A stretch of DNA of 64,000 nucleotides, taken from the NCBI GenBank assembly GCA_973895155.1, contig OZ316895.1, forward strand, positions 19,482,803 through 19,546,802, in the 5' to 3' direction. Positions 49,327 through 62,500 of the stretch are shown here, one piece after another. The position numbers and the translations under genes were made by a program. Position 1 is the stretch's first letter. Every line of letters starts with the position of its first letter. This DNA comes from Marsupella aquatica. Lineage: Eukaryota; Plantae; Marchantiophyta. Below the pieces are notes generated by a model. The model was not told the DNA's origin, ran no database searches, and was given only the letters and a program-made list of their open reading frames with translations.

Positions 49327-50682
49327 ATGAATTCAGAGTGTACTTCATGCATGCAGATGTCTACTTCTGATAGTTCCACGTCAGATTCAGACTCAGACAC
49401 AAGCTTGTCTGAGGGGGAGGTTCCTCCACCCCCTCCTCCAGATCGTCCTCGTGCTCCACTAGGACCCATACCTTGCTGGTGTGTGAGATGTAAGGGACTT
49501 GTGGTTCGACATGCGTGGGAGACTTGTGAGCACATCGAGAACTATGGCCGCCACAAGGGTGATATGCCAGGGTATTTTCCTAGCCAGGTACAGATATGTT
49601 TATGTCCCCTATTCATTCCATATATGCATTCCAATTTAGGGTATTGCTTAATTATCTTGCATTTACATCCTGGCACTACTTAATTTATTGATTTTTGTAA
49701 AACCATTGTACGTGTGTTGAAATAGGTGCCTCGTAGGCCCCCACCTCCTTTGGTTCCTGAAGCTGTGTGGTTGGAAGGGTTTCTAGCAAGGGCCAGGGAG
49801 TTGCTTGCAGTTCCTCCTGCCCAGATGCCTCTTAGCCCACCTGCTCCTATCCCCACTCCCATGCCCACACATGAGCATGTAGAGGGGGAACCGGTCTCTC
49901 GGCCCGAAGTTGTGACTAGTAGGGTCCTACGTACACGACCACGATCTGGTAGACGTAGACGACAGTATGGACCACTGGACCAGGTAGACAGACGAGAGGA
50001 GGTGTTAGGTACTAGTGATCGACCAGCCGGTAACGTAGATTATATTTGCGTTGAGGGCAGGTTTGGACTATCCTATCTCACTGGTAGGGCTGCCGAAGTT
50101 TTGAAGGACTTTTCTCCAAGTCTCTTCAAATTTCCAGATTTTATTCCTACAGATGAACCAGTTCAGATATGGGGTCGCCCTTGGATAGTGAAGGCATCCT
50201 CTATTGATCCTGATATAGGATATGGTCTTTTTGCTTTGGAGGATATTGTGGTCCCTCCAAAGCCATGGAGACGTGGTTATGATGGAGAGCACCTCTTTCC
50301 TTACATTGGGGCTGTATATAACTCCAAGAGTTGGAATATTTTGTTGCGTCAACACCCAAGTTGGGGGGTGTATGCACTGAGGATGGACTCAGACCCGGAT
50401 GAGGTCTTCACTAGGCCGTGGCATTGCCGGATGATTGATGGTGATCCTATTCGGAACGGTAATTTAGCAGGGTACATCAATAGTACCACAGGTAGAGATA
50501 GAGGTTTGGAGGCTAATGTAGAGTGGATTCAAATGTTTGGTCCACCTAGACATCCATATTTTGTGAAACATATGGACGACCATATCATGACAGTAGCTGT
50601 TAGGATCATTAGAGCTGGTGAGGAGTTATTGTGTGAGTATGAGTGGGATGCACCAAAATTGTCCTTGCGTTGTCGTCCATGA
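49327..50682 (+). CDS. Transposase-associated Zn domain fused to a SET-domain protein; exons 49327-49587 and 49726-50682
   Basis: Exon 1: PCWCVRCKG..EHIENYG. Phase-0 intron gtacag..aatag. SET motifs IGYGLFALEDI, GNLAGYINS and IRAGEELLCEY. No stops. Confidence 0.8.
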
Positions 50683-50809
50683 TAGTTTCTTGGACTTACA
50701 TACATGTATATATATATATATGTCAGTTTATTTTACATGTTTACATGAGAATGATGTTGTTCAGCAGTGCATGTGTTGATGAGATTAATTAATTGATGTT
50801 GTATGATAG

Positions 50810-53800
50810 AATCAATATGTAACGCCTGATATTGGGGTAATATCACGAGCTATGCGACAACACCTTGTTGAGGCCATGGTGGCCAACCGTGGGCATGAAC
50901 CGCAAAGGCAAGAGGATGGGGTACGACATGATGGTGATGATCCTATCCAAGACCATCTTGATGAGGAGAGGGCCATGGATGAGCTCATGGACCAATTCTA
51001 TGATGATCACGATGACATTGGTTTGGAGGACATTGGTTCAACCCATGAAAGGACTAGTCATCCACATCCTTCTAGGGGGTCCCAAGACAAGCAATGGGAG
51101 GAGGCGCAACGTCATGCCCGTACTCGCATATTCGAGGGGAGTAGGTTATCTCGGCTCTCATCAATAATGTTGTTGCTCAACTTGCAGCAAAGACATGGGG
51201 CAAGCTAGCAATCTACTTTTGGATGATGTTTTCCGTACCTTGCATGATCGTATTTTGCCAGTATGCAATGCATTGCCAGCCTCTTGGAAAGAGGCTAAAC
51301 AGGTGTTGAGGTCCATTGGCCTGAAGTATGAGGTGATACATGCATGTGTGGATGATTGCATTCTTTTTAGGGGTGAGCATGAAAATGCCACTACATGTCC
51401 TAAATGTCAGAAGCCACGGTACCGTGATGACATGTTGACGGGGAAGGTACCGCAAAAGGTTATGAGGTACTTTCCTCTTATCCCTCGATTGCGACATCAA
51501 TTACGATGTGCAGAGTTGGTTGAGATGATGGTATGGCACTCACAAAATCGTTCTGATATGGCTGTACCCTCTAGTGCCATGCGGATGATGGTTGACTCTC
51601 CTGCCAATCGATTTGTAGAGGATAGATGAGGAGAGTTCAAAATTGACCCACGACATGTTCGACTAGGCTTGGCAGCAGACGGTATCAGCCCTTTTGCATT
51701 GACAGGAAAAGCCAAACCATATTCGGTGTGGCCAGTAGTGTTGACAAACTACAACATCCCTCCTTGGATGGCCATGAAGAAAGGTCACCTACTACTCTCC
51801 ATGATTATTCCGGGTCCTAAGCAAGTTAAAAAGATTGATGTGTACTTGCAGCCATTGATTGATGAGTTGATACAACTGTGGAGAGGAGTGGATTGTTATG
51901 ATGGACGTCACAACACAGGAGGTTTATCCCGCGTATTTACTCTAAAGGCCATCCTTATGTGGACCATGCATGACTTACCAGGTATGGTAAACCCTTATTT
52001 CCTCTAGTACCTAAACCTTGTATTTAATTGCAATTATGCAGATTTTTGCCTTGATGAACCTTATTTTATGAATGTGTTTTCTATGCACTGGGCAGGGTTT
52101 GGATATGTTTCTGGATTGCAAACATCAGGCTATCGAGCTTGCTCTACACGTGGACCCGATTTGGAGGGGGTGGCCAGGCCCAAGTCAAGTACTCTGCAAA
52201 AAATTGTTTACATTGGTCATACTAAATATCTTCCACCAGACCATCCTTGGAGGAGTGATCCATTCCTTTATGATACTGATGAGGGCCAACCTGATATTCG
52301 TCCTCAACCTTAGCGGAAGAATCCAGCATATTGGAGAGAGGTATGGGGGAGAGTTCAGGATCCGAGTGATCCATTACCATTATTCAGATGTGGCATGACC
52401 CGTTTGTCTGCATTGTCACAATTGCCATATTGGTCAGATATGCCCATTAATCACTTGTTAGACCCTATGCACATTGAGGGGAATGTGGGGAAATCATTGA
52501 TTCGCCATCTATATGGGGAGAAAAATAACAATTGGAGAGAAAGTTGTGAGGAGATGGGGATGCATGGTCTTTTGGGTTTTTGGCCATCTTTGGACCCCCC
52601 TGGTGCTCCCCCTAGCATCCATCCTCCTTGGGTTTTGACAAGGGCAGAGCGCATTGAGTTTCACAGACGTATTGGGTTGATGAGGTTTCCCACAGGTTAT
52701 GGTACCAATCTTCGGAAGGCATTTGGGGGGGAGGATTCTCCAAAATGGCCATCTTTCTTGAAGACACATGATTATCATCGGTTGCTTGAACATGTTCTTC
52801 CAGTTGCTATTATTGGATTGGGTAGTGAGGAACTTCGTGATGCCCTTTGGTCATTGGGTAAGCTCTTAAGATGGGTATGTCAAAAGGAGGTACAGGAGTT
52901 TGATGACATTGCTGCTATGGAGATATTTGGAGTAGAGGTTGTCTGCAAGTTGGAGAAGGCACTCCCTCCCTCATTCTTTGATGGTCAGGTTCATTTCCTC
53001 ATACATTTAGTGCGCGAGGTTGCAATTGCAGGCCCAGTACATTGTCGATGGATGTATTGGGTAGAGCGTTATATGGGGGTGATGAAGTCATATGTCTTTA
53101 ATCGCGCTAGGGTGGAAGGTAGCATTGCGGAGCGTCATCTTGGAGCAGAGAGTATGTTTTACTGTACAAACATAGTTGCCACACTAGATCCTAGTGCTCC
53201 TAGGGGATGGATAGATGAGGCGGCACGAGAGGCTGACTACGAGGATGATAGACTCACTGGGGCATCTGGAGAGCGTCTCATAGGCTCAGCAGAGCGTTTA
53301 CAGTTCACAACATTTATGTTGTATAACTCACCCGAGGTTGTCGGGGAGTGGACAACATTTTATGAGGAGGAGAAGCAAAATAGTCGATGCCCACAGTTAT
53401 TTCCCAAGTTTCACCCATACATGAAGGAGAAGTTGTTAGAAGTGGATACCCTGGTGGGTACCGAGGAGAGTGTATTACACTACCCAAACGTGACAGATAA
53501 ACTTCGTACCTTGGTTCATGGTCCACTACTTATAGTCACGACTCGGACTGCCATGTGGTCAAAGGGGAGACATTTTCGTGTGGAACGACTTGATGAGAAG
53601 AGGGCAGCTACACAGGATTGTGGGGTGATGGGTTGGTTCACCCAAGATTCCCAGAGTAGCATGTCAGACATGAATCCCATTCGCTCCACCGTGGCCCATT
53701 ATGGGAAGATTGAGGAGATCCTAACAGTGAAGTACCATGCACATACTACTTTGGAGGAAGTGGTATTCAAGTGCAAATGGTTCAAGATGAATCTTGTAGG

Positions 53801-54059
53801 CCACAATCGTACTTGTGAAGATGATGCATGCGGTTTTACTCATTTGAAGACATCCGCAAATAGTGTCATCAGTTCCAACTGGAGGTCCTCAGATCCCTTT
53901 GCTTTCCCCCATCACCTTGAGCAATGCTTTTACCTACCCTATCCCAATGACCCCGAGTGGTCCATTGTCATGCCGTATATTCCCAGATCACGGTCCATAG
54001 TCCAAGAGAGACCCAATGTAGTTGTGGTGGAAGATAGAGACATACCCCCCACGAGTTAG
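50810..54059 (+). pseudogene. CACTA TnpD/Tnp2 (Transposase_21) transposase
   Basis: IHACVDDCILF, CPKC, YFPLIPRL, GLAADGISPF, SVWPVVL, DVYLQPLIDEL, HDLPG, DPMHIEGN, KTHDYH, WMYWVERYM. Intron 51982-52095, frameshift ~51200, stops at 51627 and 52311. Confidence 0.92.
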
Positions 54060-55370
54060 TATAAATTGTAGACCCCACCATTTTCATGTATATTTTTACC
54101 GGCACTATCTTTTTATCGGCATTCTACGATTTTTCTCATTGTCCACAATTTCATGCAGTATACATATCTATTGCTTAAAGTATGCCCCATATATGAATCC
54201 ATTAATTCCATGCAACCTACACATTGTAAAACACTAAAGTCCCATATGTCCCATTCAAATACCATCGGAAACATATCGGACACACATCAGTACTGCCAAA
54301 GCAAAAAACCCCTTCCCATCCTCAAAGTATCGGACTTTCCGATACTATAACAATCGGAACTCACTATCCGATACTCCACAGATCGGACACTTAAGCCAGA
54401 GCCCAAGGAGGGGTCCGATAGCAATTTCAACGGATAGTAACCGATACCTTAGCCTTCGCAAATAATTTCTGTTGCAACTAGTATCGCAAAAATATGTCCG
54501 ATAACACTTCTATCGGTAAATGTCCGAAACCAAACCTATCGGAATTAGCTTTCGATACTATTATTATCGGATGTCTGAAAAACATGTCGGCTCTCAATTT
54601 GCGATACAGGATGTTTCGGACATTGTCCGATATAATGGGTATTGGATAAAGTTTTCGATACAAAACATATCGGATAATAATGTCCGATTTTGGTAGTATC
54701 GGAAGTGTTCCGTTGTGTTTAGTATCGGGCGCATTGAGAAACGCGTGTTTTTAATATCGGAAAAGTGCCTAAAATGTACTAGTGTCATTAACTAATAATA
54801 TTTAGATAAAATTGGAATTAATCTAATACTTCAGTATTCCTTAAATTGGGGTTCTTGGCCTATCAGAGCAGGAGGAGCTAACCAGTCAAAACATCGCAAG
54901 GGTATAAAAGGCAAGCTCTTCCCCATCTCAAAATCACCAGTTCACTCCGCACGTCAGCTTTGCTCCCAGCTCCTCTGTTTCCCCCTTAGCGATCTTGCAC
55001 ACCTTGCCATATGTCTATCACGGTTATGTCTAGTTTTGCCATTTGCTTTGGGTTCCACTTTTTAAGCATTGGTAACCATCTTGCAGCCTCGCTCGCCAAG
55101 CACAACCCGCGCAAGTACAAAGCCAAATGGCATTACAAGCGGCTTATTTGTTTGAACGGGCATTCGCACTACAATAATGACCTAAATCTTCCGTTTGAAA
55201 GCAAGTATTGTTGGGATGAAGAAATAGTCAAGTTCTTCTTTGAGGGATCCAAGTACCTCGGCTTCAGAGAAGCGCTCTTTTGACTCCCAGACGAGGTCTT
55301 CAAGATCTTACAGCGCCATCACTTTGATGATATACCGGCCAGGGTGTAGTCCTTCCTTTGTCACACCATT

Positions 55371-57750
55371 TGTCACGCGATTGACATGGGTCTTAACACC
55401 AAAAACGTCACTATGGGTGCCAAAACCATCTCCTTGTACCTGAGGATCACGAAGGGATGCTGTGAATGCCGGTAAACACCAGTTTATGCCCTTAACACCA
55501 GACTATCATAGCAAGACTCTATCACACATCACCCAAGCTCAATCCCAAGGAACCGAGGTTGGGGATCAGATCTGCACTCATGATAGTTCTGGTGAGAAGG
55601 GGTCTTCATATCGGGCCCGTACACACAGGGCCTAGCGCTACGGTGCGCATAGGTCTATACATATGCTTACTGTCATAGGTATGTTTCTATTCCGCCGCCG
55701 GAATGTACCCATAAACCAGTGACTCCTGACTGATTCCCGACTTAGGGACTTCTAAGCCATTGCCCCACCACTCTGCCATTCCACTCTCAACAATCAGAGC
55801 TATGACAGTCCTCACCCAGCCCGCTTCAATGCACCCGGTACACCTCTCAGTGGCGCTGCTAGTTCCATCATACACTCAGATTGCCTCACACACACACACA
55901 TCCATGAGAGAAATGAGGCCTGAGAGGAAAACTCAATTAGATTCAAAGATGTGCACAATAGTTCACTGAGAACACTTGATCCGAACACTAGGGCCGAAGG
56001 CTGTCTCCTCCAGATTGTGACGTGCTTGCCCTGCAAGCCCCGTGCTTGCCATGCAAGCTCAATCCTGAACTCAACCTCCTTCACTGCACTTCATTCTTGG
56101 GGGCACATACAGATCTCACACCTCCAATTCAGAACGTCAAGTTACGCATGCATAGTTGACTCGACTTCAAAGCTGGTACCAGGCCTAACGGCGATCTACC
56201 CCAGACTGCAATGAGGCCCGGCCTCACGCTTGCCCTACAAGCTCAGCTCTGGCCATAGATCCCTTAGTGCTCTCCACCAGACAAAGGCCGGGACTCCCCA
56301 TGGGTCACGTAGCCTTGCCAGACTGAACTGTAAATGCTCCTCCTGCTGCCCCTTAATCAGTACCTCAGCCTCCCTAATGTGCCCACCGCAAATCGAATTG
56401 AAATCCTCCCCACAGTTTACAATCACCAATACATCACCTATCACCAAGGCTCTGTATCGGGGGAAAAGAACCCAGTTGTGCTGCCCGCTAGAAAGAGCCA
56501 CAATCCAGCTCGCAAACCTAGCAACCCGTTGCTGTGAAGCTTGGTTGATTACTCCCTGAGTATAGCACAACCAAGCTCTCCCCAACACGCAGCGTCCAAG
56601 TCCAGCCTTGCTTGCACAGAGCTCCTCCCCGCTACTCAGTCTAAGTGAGATCACACAACTGAAGTCCCCCCCCTGCCTCTACCGGAGGGATGCTCTATAT
56701 ACTCTCTCATTGAGCCCAAATGGGTGGATGCTACGCTGCTGGAGCCCCATCCCAGCCCTAATAGAGCCGCCACTATCTCTAACTACTGAACCCTAACTCG
56801 CAACTTTATTTCTATCTCGAATTGGCTATGTACTTCGGATTCGGCCCTCCTCCATAGTTTTCGCGAGCTTGCGCCTCCTCTCCCGATTTCTCTATTTAAC
56901 CATTTTCTGCGTGGATAGCAGCGTTGGAAGCGGCTTGAGCTCCTCTTTCCAACGAGGTCAATTATAGCCGATTTGGTCAAATACACAGAGAGTTATGCCC
57001 CCGTAACCGAGAGGGGGTACTCACTGTTGCGCTAACCCGAGTTACATAGCTAACCCGAGTTCGGCTAACCTAGCTATCCTATCTAACCCGAGTAGAGCTA
57101 ACCTGTGGTCTCGGGTTAGGCCGTCACCCGCTATCCGCTATCCGCTATCCTAGCCTAAGCTGAGCCCGAACCCGAGCTTACCTATGCTAACCTGACCCCG
57201 AGTTAAGTCTAACCCGGGATCAATCTAATCCGAACCCGGGTTAAGCCTAAGCTGAAGCCGTGCTTACCTAAGCTAAGCTGAAGCCGTGCTTACCTGAGCT
57301 AAGCTGAAGCCGTGCTGACCTAAGCTAAGTTGAAGCCGTGCTGACCTGAGCTAAGCTGAAGCCGTGCTCACATAAGCTAAGCCGTGGTCGAGCTTGGGTT
57401 AACCCGAAACTGAAGCCGAATCCGCTAATTCCGGCCACAAGTTAACCCGTCACACTAATCAGGCCGTATCTTTCTTAATACACCTCCGTTTCCCGAGTGT
57501 TTTATATCGATTTTACTCGCCTTGACCAGATCTTTCCAATGCTCTTTACAGATCCGGATTTGGTGACATATTGAAAGAGATATGGTCGCCGACCACCTGC
57601 GACATAGCTTTTATTTCCCTACTCTTAACGCCATGATTGCCCTTATTCTTGCCATCTTGCTAATTGTTATGCAATATCAATAGCTACTCCTTGCATACAG
57701 CAACCTACTTAATCAGATTACAAAATAAGGACCATGTCATTGGCGTCACA
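55371..57750. mobile_element. 2,380-bp TG..CA element with 5-bp TSD, probably a solo LTR
   Basis: TSD CCATT at 55366-70 and 57751-55. The start TGTCACGCGATTGACATGGGTCTTA matches the reverse complement of the end, TGTGACGCCAATGACATGGTCCTTA, at 20/25. Confidence 0.75.
57030..57420. repeat. TAACCCGAG and 26-bp AAGCTGAAGCCGTGCT.ACCT.AGCT tandem arrays
   Basis: Directly visible; about five copies of the 26-mer at 57249-57385. Confidence 0.85.
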
Positions 57751-59564
57751 CCATTCCAGGTAGTGTTAGAGTGTATCGTACTATCTAGATCCGTATGTTT
57801 GGTATGTGTGCTATATGAGCCGACAAGGTTCCATCAAGTTTGTGTGAGAGGGTACTTCTCACTTGTGAGGCATTGAAAGGTCATCTTTCAATGTTGAGCC
57901 TTGGAGAGGGGAGCTTGTGTGGTGGCTATGGTGGCTGAGAGCTCTCTCTCTATGTAGCGTGGATTCCTTGAGTGCAAGGTGCGTTGGCTCGACATACATG
58001 TGTGATCGGATCGGACGGGATTGAGTGCGTATTGTTGGAGTCAATCGTTGTGCCGATTGTATTGAGATTACATTGAAAGATCGCTCGAACTTGCTACTGT
58101 ACGGACAGAGCTTTGATTGGAGGTTGTGTATTGGCGACGGTTTGTGGTAGTTCAAATCGATCGTGTTGTGTTGAAGAGGATTCGTGGTAGCTCGGATCTT
58201 ATTGTTGACATTGTGTTGGAAGATCTATTCTGCTAGGGAGCTGTTGTTTAAGCTTTCGACAGTTCCCAAAGGGCTCTAAGATGTGTTGATCGACAGCAGA
58301 GGGATCTATGCCCGTGTTTGTAGATCTGTTGGACAGGTCTGGACGGTGTAGTCAACCTTGCTGCGATCTGTGACAGTAGCAATCGGATTTGACAGGGCCG
58401 ACTATGGCGCTGCTGTTTTGATGAAGGAAACGGAGATCAAACTTTGAATGTTGCATTTTGCGTCACTAGTGTTTCCATTCGATCATGTGTATGTTGTCGT
58501 CGCCAAGCTGCAATTTTGCGTGAAGGGAACCGGCAGCCACGAAGTCAATGTTTTGTGAGGGAAATTGAGTCTGGATGTTGCGAGATCAAACTGCTGTTGT
58601 TTCTGTCGGACTGCTACTGCTATTTGTAATTTCGCGAAGGGAACCGGGAGGCAGAAGCTGGATGTTGCCAAATCTGATTGTGTGATCCGGCGTATCGGTC
58701 GCATTTCTGTGAAGGGAAACCGAGGGGCGGAACCTGAATGTTTGCCGAATCTGAAACTTGATCCGGCGTAGCGACGCATTGCGGGCGTGAAGGGCTCATC
58801 TCGGCGTTTCGAGGCTTCGAGGCAACTCGGGATGAGGGGCGTGAGGGCGGAGCAGGAGCGGGCGGGCTAGCAAGGCAGCTTGCTGGTACGTGAGGAGAAT
58901 TGCAAGTGCTGCCATTTTGGAGTGGCAGATTTGGTGCATAATGACAAGTGAGAGGTCACCCATCCCAAAGCTATTCCTCCCCTCATGAGCTTAACTAGCA
59001 AGTTCCTATGTGGTGCATTGTACATGCTTCCTTCCACACTTGGTGTCCAAGGAATGAAGCCCTAGGGGTTTTATGCACTTTTGAATTCATCTAGATACTC
59101 TGTTTTAGCTAGTTTGCGATGGATTCTTGAATATTTGATGCGGGATTCTTGAGGCCTATTATGAAGGCCCTACATTGAACTATATGCACATTATTTTCAT
59201 GTATTTCTGATTGATTGGTGTGGAGATTTGTGGTAAATCCTCTTCTTGTTGTTGGATCCTCTCCACACATGCTTCCTGTTTATGCGCCATGTTGGTTTGG
59301 CGTGGGCGCTTGATTCTATAGGAGTGATCCGGGTTTGCAACCGGACATTCTAGTTGTGCTACGTATTTCTCTCCTGATGATGTTGGAGTGATGCCCAACA
59401 CACCATGGTGAGTGCTTGTGTTGCTGACAGGGACAGATTGCCCTTAGGGTTAGCATATAGATTAGGTTAGGTTGGTCACCACGGATTCTTCTGGTGCTGC
59501 TGGGTTACCCGATGGATGACGGACCGGTTTCACTCGGAGTGGGGCACATTTTTGGCCAGCGACA

Positions 59565-62500
59565 TTGGTAGCAGTCAGCAGCACAGCTTCAGACAGTGAT
59601 TCTGACGAGGACTCTGTGAGCAGTTCTCCTCGTCATCAGGTGATTGCACCTTTGTTGTGGGATATGGAAGAGATGTACGGGGCACCAAAGGCTGCATCTA
59701 CATCCACACCACAACCTACTGCACAAAAGAGCCAGAGGGAGAAGCCTACTGCACGAGAGTCTACCAGCCAGAGACCTATGCCCTCTTATGTTGGACAGCA
59801 GTCAGGATGTTGGACCTGTGGTGGGGATCATGCACAGAGATATTGCCCAGATCATAGTGGATCAGGGGGAGCATCAGCGCCTGATCAGCAACAATGTGAT
59901 CACTGTGGAGCTCCTGGACACACCAAGGATAGGTGTTTCTCACTCCATCCTGAGTTACGGAGAGGAGGATCACGTACATATGATCAGGGAAGAGGAGGAG
60001 GTAGAGGTGGTGGACATGGTCGTGGCATGCCACATGCAGGGAGACAGGGAGGTGACGCTGCCCCTACTGTAACCATAGATCCAAAGGATGCTAAGATTGC
60101 TCAATTGGAGCAACAGCTAGTTGCCATGGCTAGTTCCCAGGTGAGACCTACTTTTGGTGATGGGGCATCTACATCCTATGGACCTTCCACATCCCATGGT
60201 CCTTCCACATCTTATGGAGCTGATGGAGACCTTGCCACCATGGGATTCATGTGTGGCACTGCACATATTGATGCATCAGTAGCTTTGACACGTGGGGCAA
60301 CTAAAGCTCTTAAGCCCCGAGGAGCAGTAGTGGAGTTAGATCCACAAAGGGGGGATGCACGTCGGCAGACAAAGCTTCCTCAGTCTTTTACATTGTCAGA
60401 GGCAGTTCAGACTGCCTCTATGAACCCGATTTGGACAAACCCTGGCATGGGTAAGTTGGCAGAATCAGGTAGTGATGCAGCAGGGATGACAGGTACCCTG
60501 TTGGGGGTGGCTATTGCCATGGTATGCACCCCATTATTTTCAGCGACAGACATGCTGAACTTGGGAGTTGGTCCTGCAAAGGTGTTCAGATTGGCAGCTA
60601 CACTCTGTGAGGACACTCCAGTGGTTGCTTCCCATGCAGAAGCAACTTGCAGTGTTAAAGCAGTGAAGACCATGCCACCTACTACTAGTGAGACATGGCA
60701 TGCAGCAGCAGCGAGGTTGGTGGATTTACCAGCACGCCCTGCATTTGAGAGGACTAGATTTAAACCTAGTGTTGTCTCATTGGATAATCAAAGTGGGATC
60801 TTCCGATTAGTTGGGCCTTTTGGAGCAGTATACCAGCCAGAGAGGGTGTTACTGGATACTGGTGCTCAGCCCTTGATGTTGGGAAAGTCTGCCATACGTG
60901 GATTGGGATTGCGTCCAGATGATTTGGAGGATTGTCCCTTTCCCATTCAAACTTCATTGGGGGGACCTACACCTACACAGCACATTACCAGGAGACCTCT
61001 TGATTTGAGGATTCAGGAAGGTCATACCATAGATAGCTCACAGATACAAGCACGAGCTATTTTGACTAAGGCAGAGTCATATGATGTGTTGGTGGGATGT
61101 ACAGTGCTCTACCCCATGGGATTTATTCTTGATTTTTGGGAGGAATCAGTGTCATATAGACCTGATTGGCAGTCAAGAGATGCTCGATTGAGCAAATTGC
61201 CAGTGAGATTTAGTGGACCTGTGGGAGGCCCTAAATCCACACCATTATCTTTGGTAGCATTCAGTGGTCTAATTGCTGGACCTGATGATTTGATTGAGGG
61301 TAATGCGCATGCAACAGATGTTCCACCATTGGAGGAGTCTCATGAGGAGCACATCATGCGAGGATTACCTAATGGCAGTGTTGTGCCACCAGTGTGGGGC
61401 ATTGCACAGGCCTTGCCACAGACAGCAGCACGATTGGTACATGATGCATGACGTCATGCTTTTACACCACAGTCAGGAGTAGAGCAGTCTCTCGCAGATG
61501 GACCTGTGACTCTTTCACTATTGGATACCACTCCTATTGCTTGGCAGTATCCACCGGAGGGTATTTGTTTGTTGGATCTTTTTTGTGGGAGTAGCACTGG
61601 ATTGGCTGCTATTCTTCAGGCAGGAATTCCTGTGCGTCGTTATTTGTATGTGGAGACAGATGAGACAGCACGGAGGGTCTCATTGCGACATGTGGCTATG
61701 TTGGTGGATAGATATCCATAGTTGCTGCCAGTGGATGCTGTTCGTGGTTATCAGCATGCACTACCTGCTAATATTTCATTGTTGGGGGCGGATCATCTGC
61801 ATCGTGTTGGCCCCATTGATTTGGTGATTGCTGGTTGGCCATGTTAGGGCTGGCCAATCTAGAGCTGGCGTTGGGCATGGACTTCATGATCCACGCTCTG
61901 CATTGTTTTGGGAGATGTTACGGGTGCTGCATCATCTCCAGCTACATCAGACATAGTCTCCAGCATACATTTTGGAGAATGTGCCATTGTTAGGTGATGA
62001 TCGTAGTCGGATTGTTGCCAGTGTTCACCAGGTGAGGTCTTGGATTGGACCTGCTGTGTTATTGGATGTTGCACGTGTGGGTTCTCGTGCACATCGTCCA
62101 CACTTGTGGTGGACTAATTTGATCCCATGTGAGGTGCTGAAGCGCGCATTTGACAGCATTCCACGCTCACCCGCCTTAGTGGTGGATGATATTTTGGATC
62201 CAGGGCGTCGTGCACAGGGTGTGACCCAACCTGATAGACCTCCATTGGCAATGGTCAATGCAGTTGGGCGCCCACGTTGTGCATTACCCACTCTTGTAAG
62301 CCACTTTGCTTCATATGCATTCAGAGTAGGTGGCCCAGGACTTGTGTGGGACACAACTCTCCAACAGTTAGTGGAACCTACTGCTGATGAGAGAGAGCGT
62401 GCTATGGGATTTTTGATTGGCACCACTGCAGTTGCCTCTATGTTAGAGGGTTTGCGGCGCCAGGTTCTTGGTCAAGTAATGGACCTGAATTGTTTGACTT

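Larger units (their letters stand above)
44468..54784. mobile_element. CACTA/En-Spm DNA transposon (10,317 bp) carrying a SET-domain gene
   Basis: 14-bp TIRs CACTAGTACATTTT / AAAATGTACTAGTG, 3-bp TSD TCA (44465-67 and 54785-87), dense subterminal ATCGGA/TCCGAT repeats, and a Tnp2 transposase. Confidence 0.96.
13838..54853. mobile_element. Giant Sola-type DNA transposon with cargo genes (41,016 bp; ~24.6 kb without nested Copia and CACTA)
   Basis: Perfect 17-bp TIRs AACCCCAATTTAAGGAA (13838-13854) and TTCCTTAAATTGGGGTT (54837-54853), with further imperfect pairing inward. 4-bp TSD CTTG at 13834-13837 and 54854-54857. Internal DDD transposase at 34218-43645. Confidence 0.85.

Noticed and set aside
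55687-56654. ORFs inside the solo-LTR-like element
   Set aside because: No recognisable domain and overlapping frames on both strands; likely spurious.
13528-57750. TGTGACGCC / GGCGTCACA as the ends of one 44-kb element
   Set aside because: No TSD (CTGGT vs CCATT); 57750 pairs better with 55371, which has a matching TSD.
59540-59575. Candidate Gypsy LTR end and PBS
   Set aside because: TGGCCAGCG and TGGTAGCAG could not be matched confidently to a plant tRNA, and there is no second LTR to compare.
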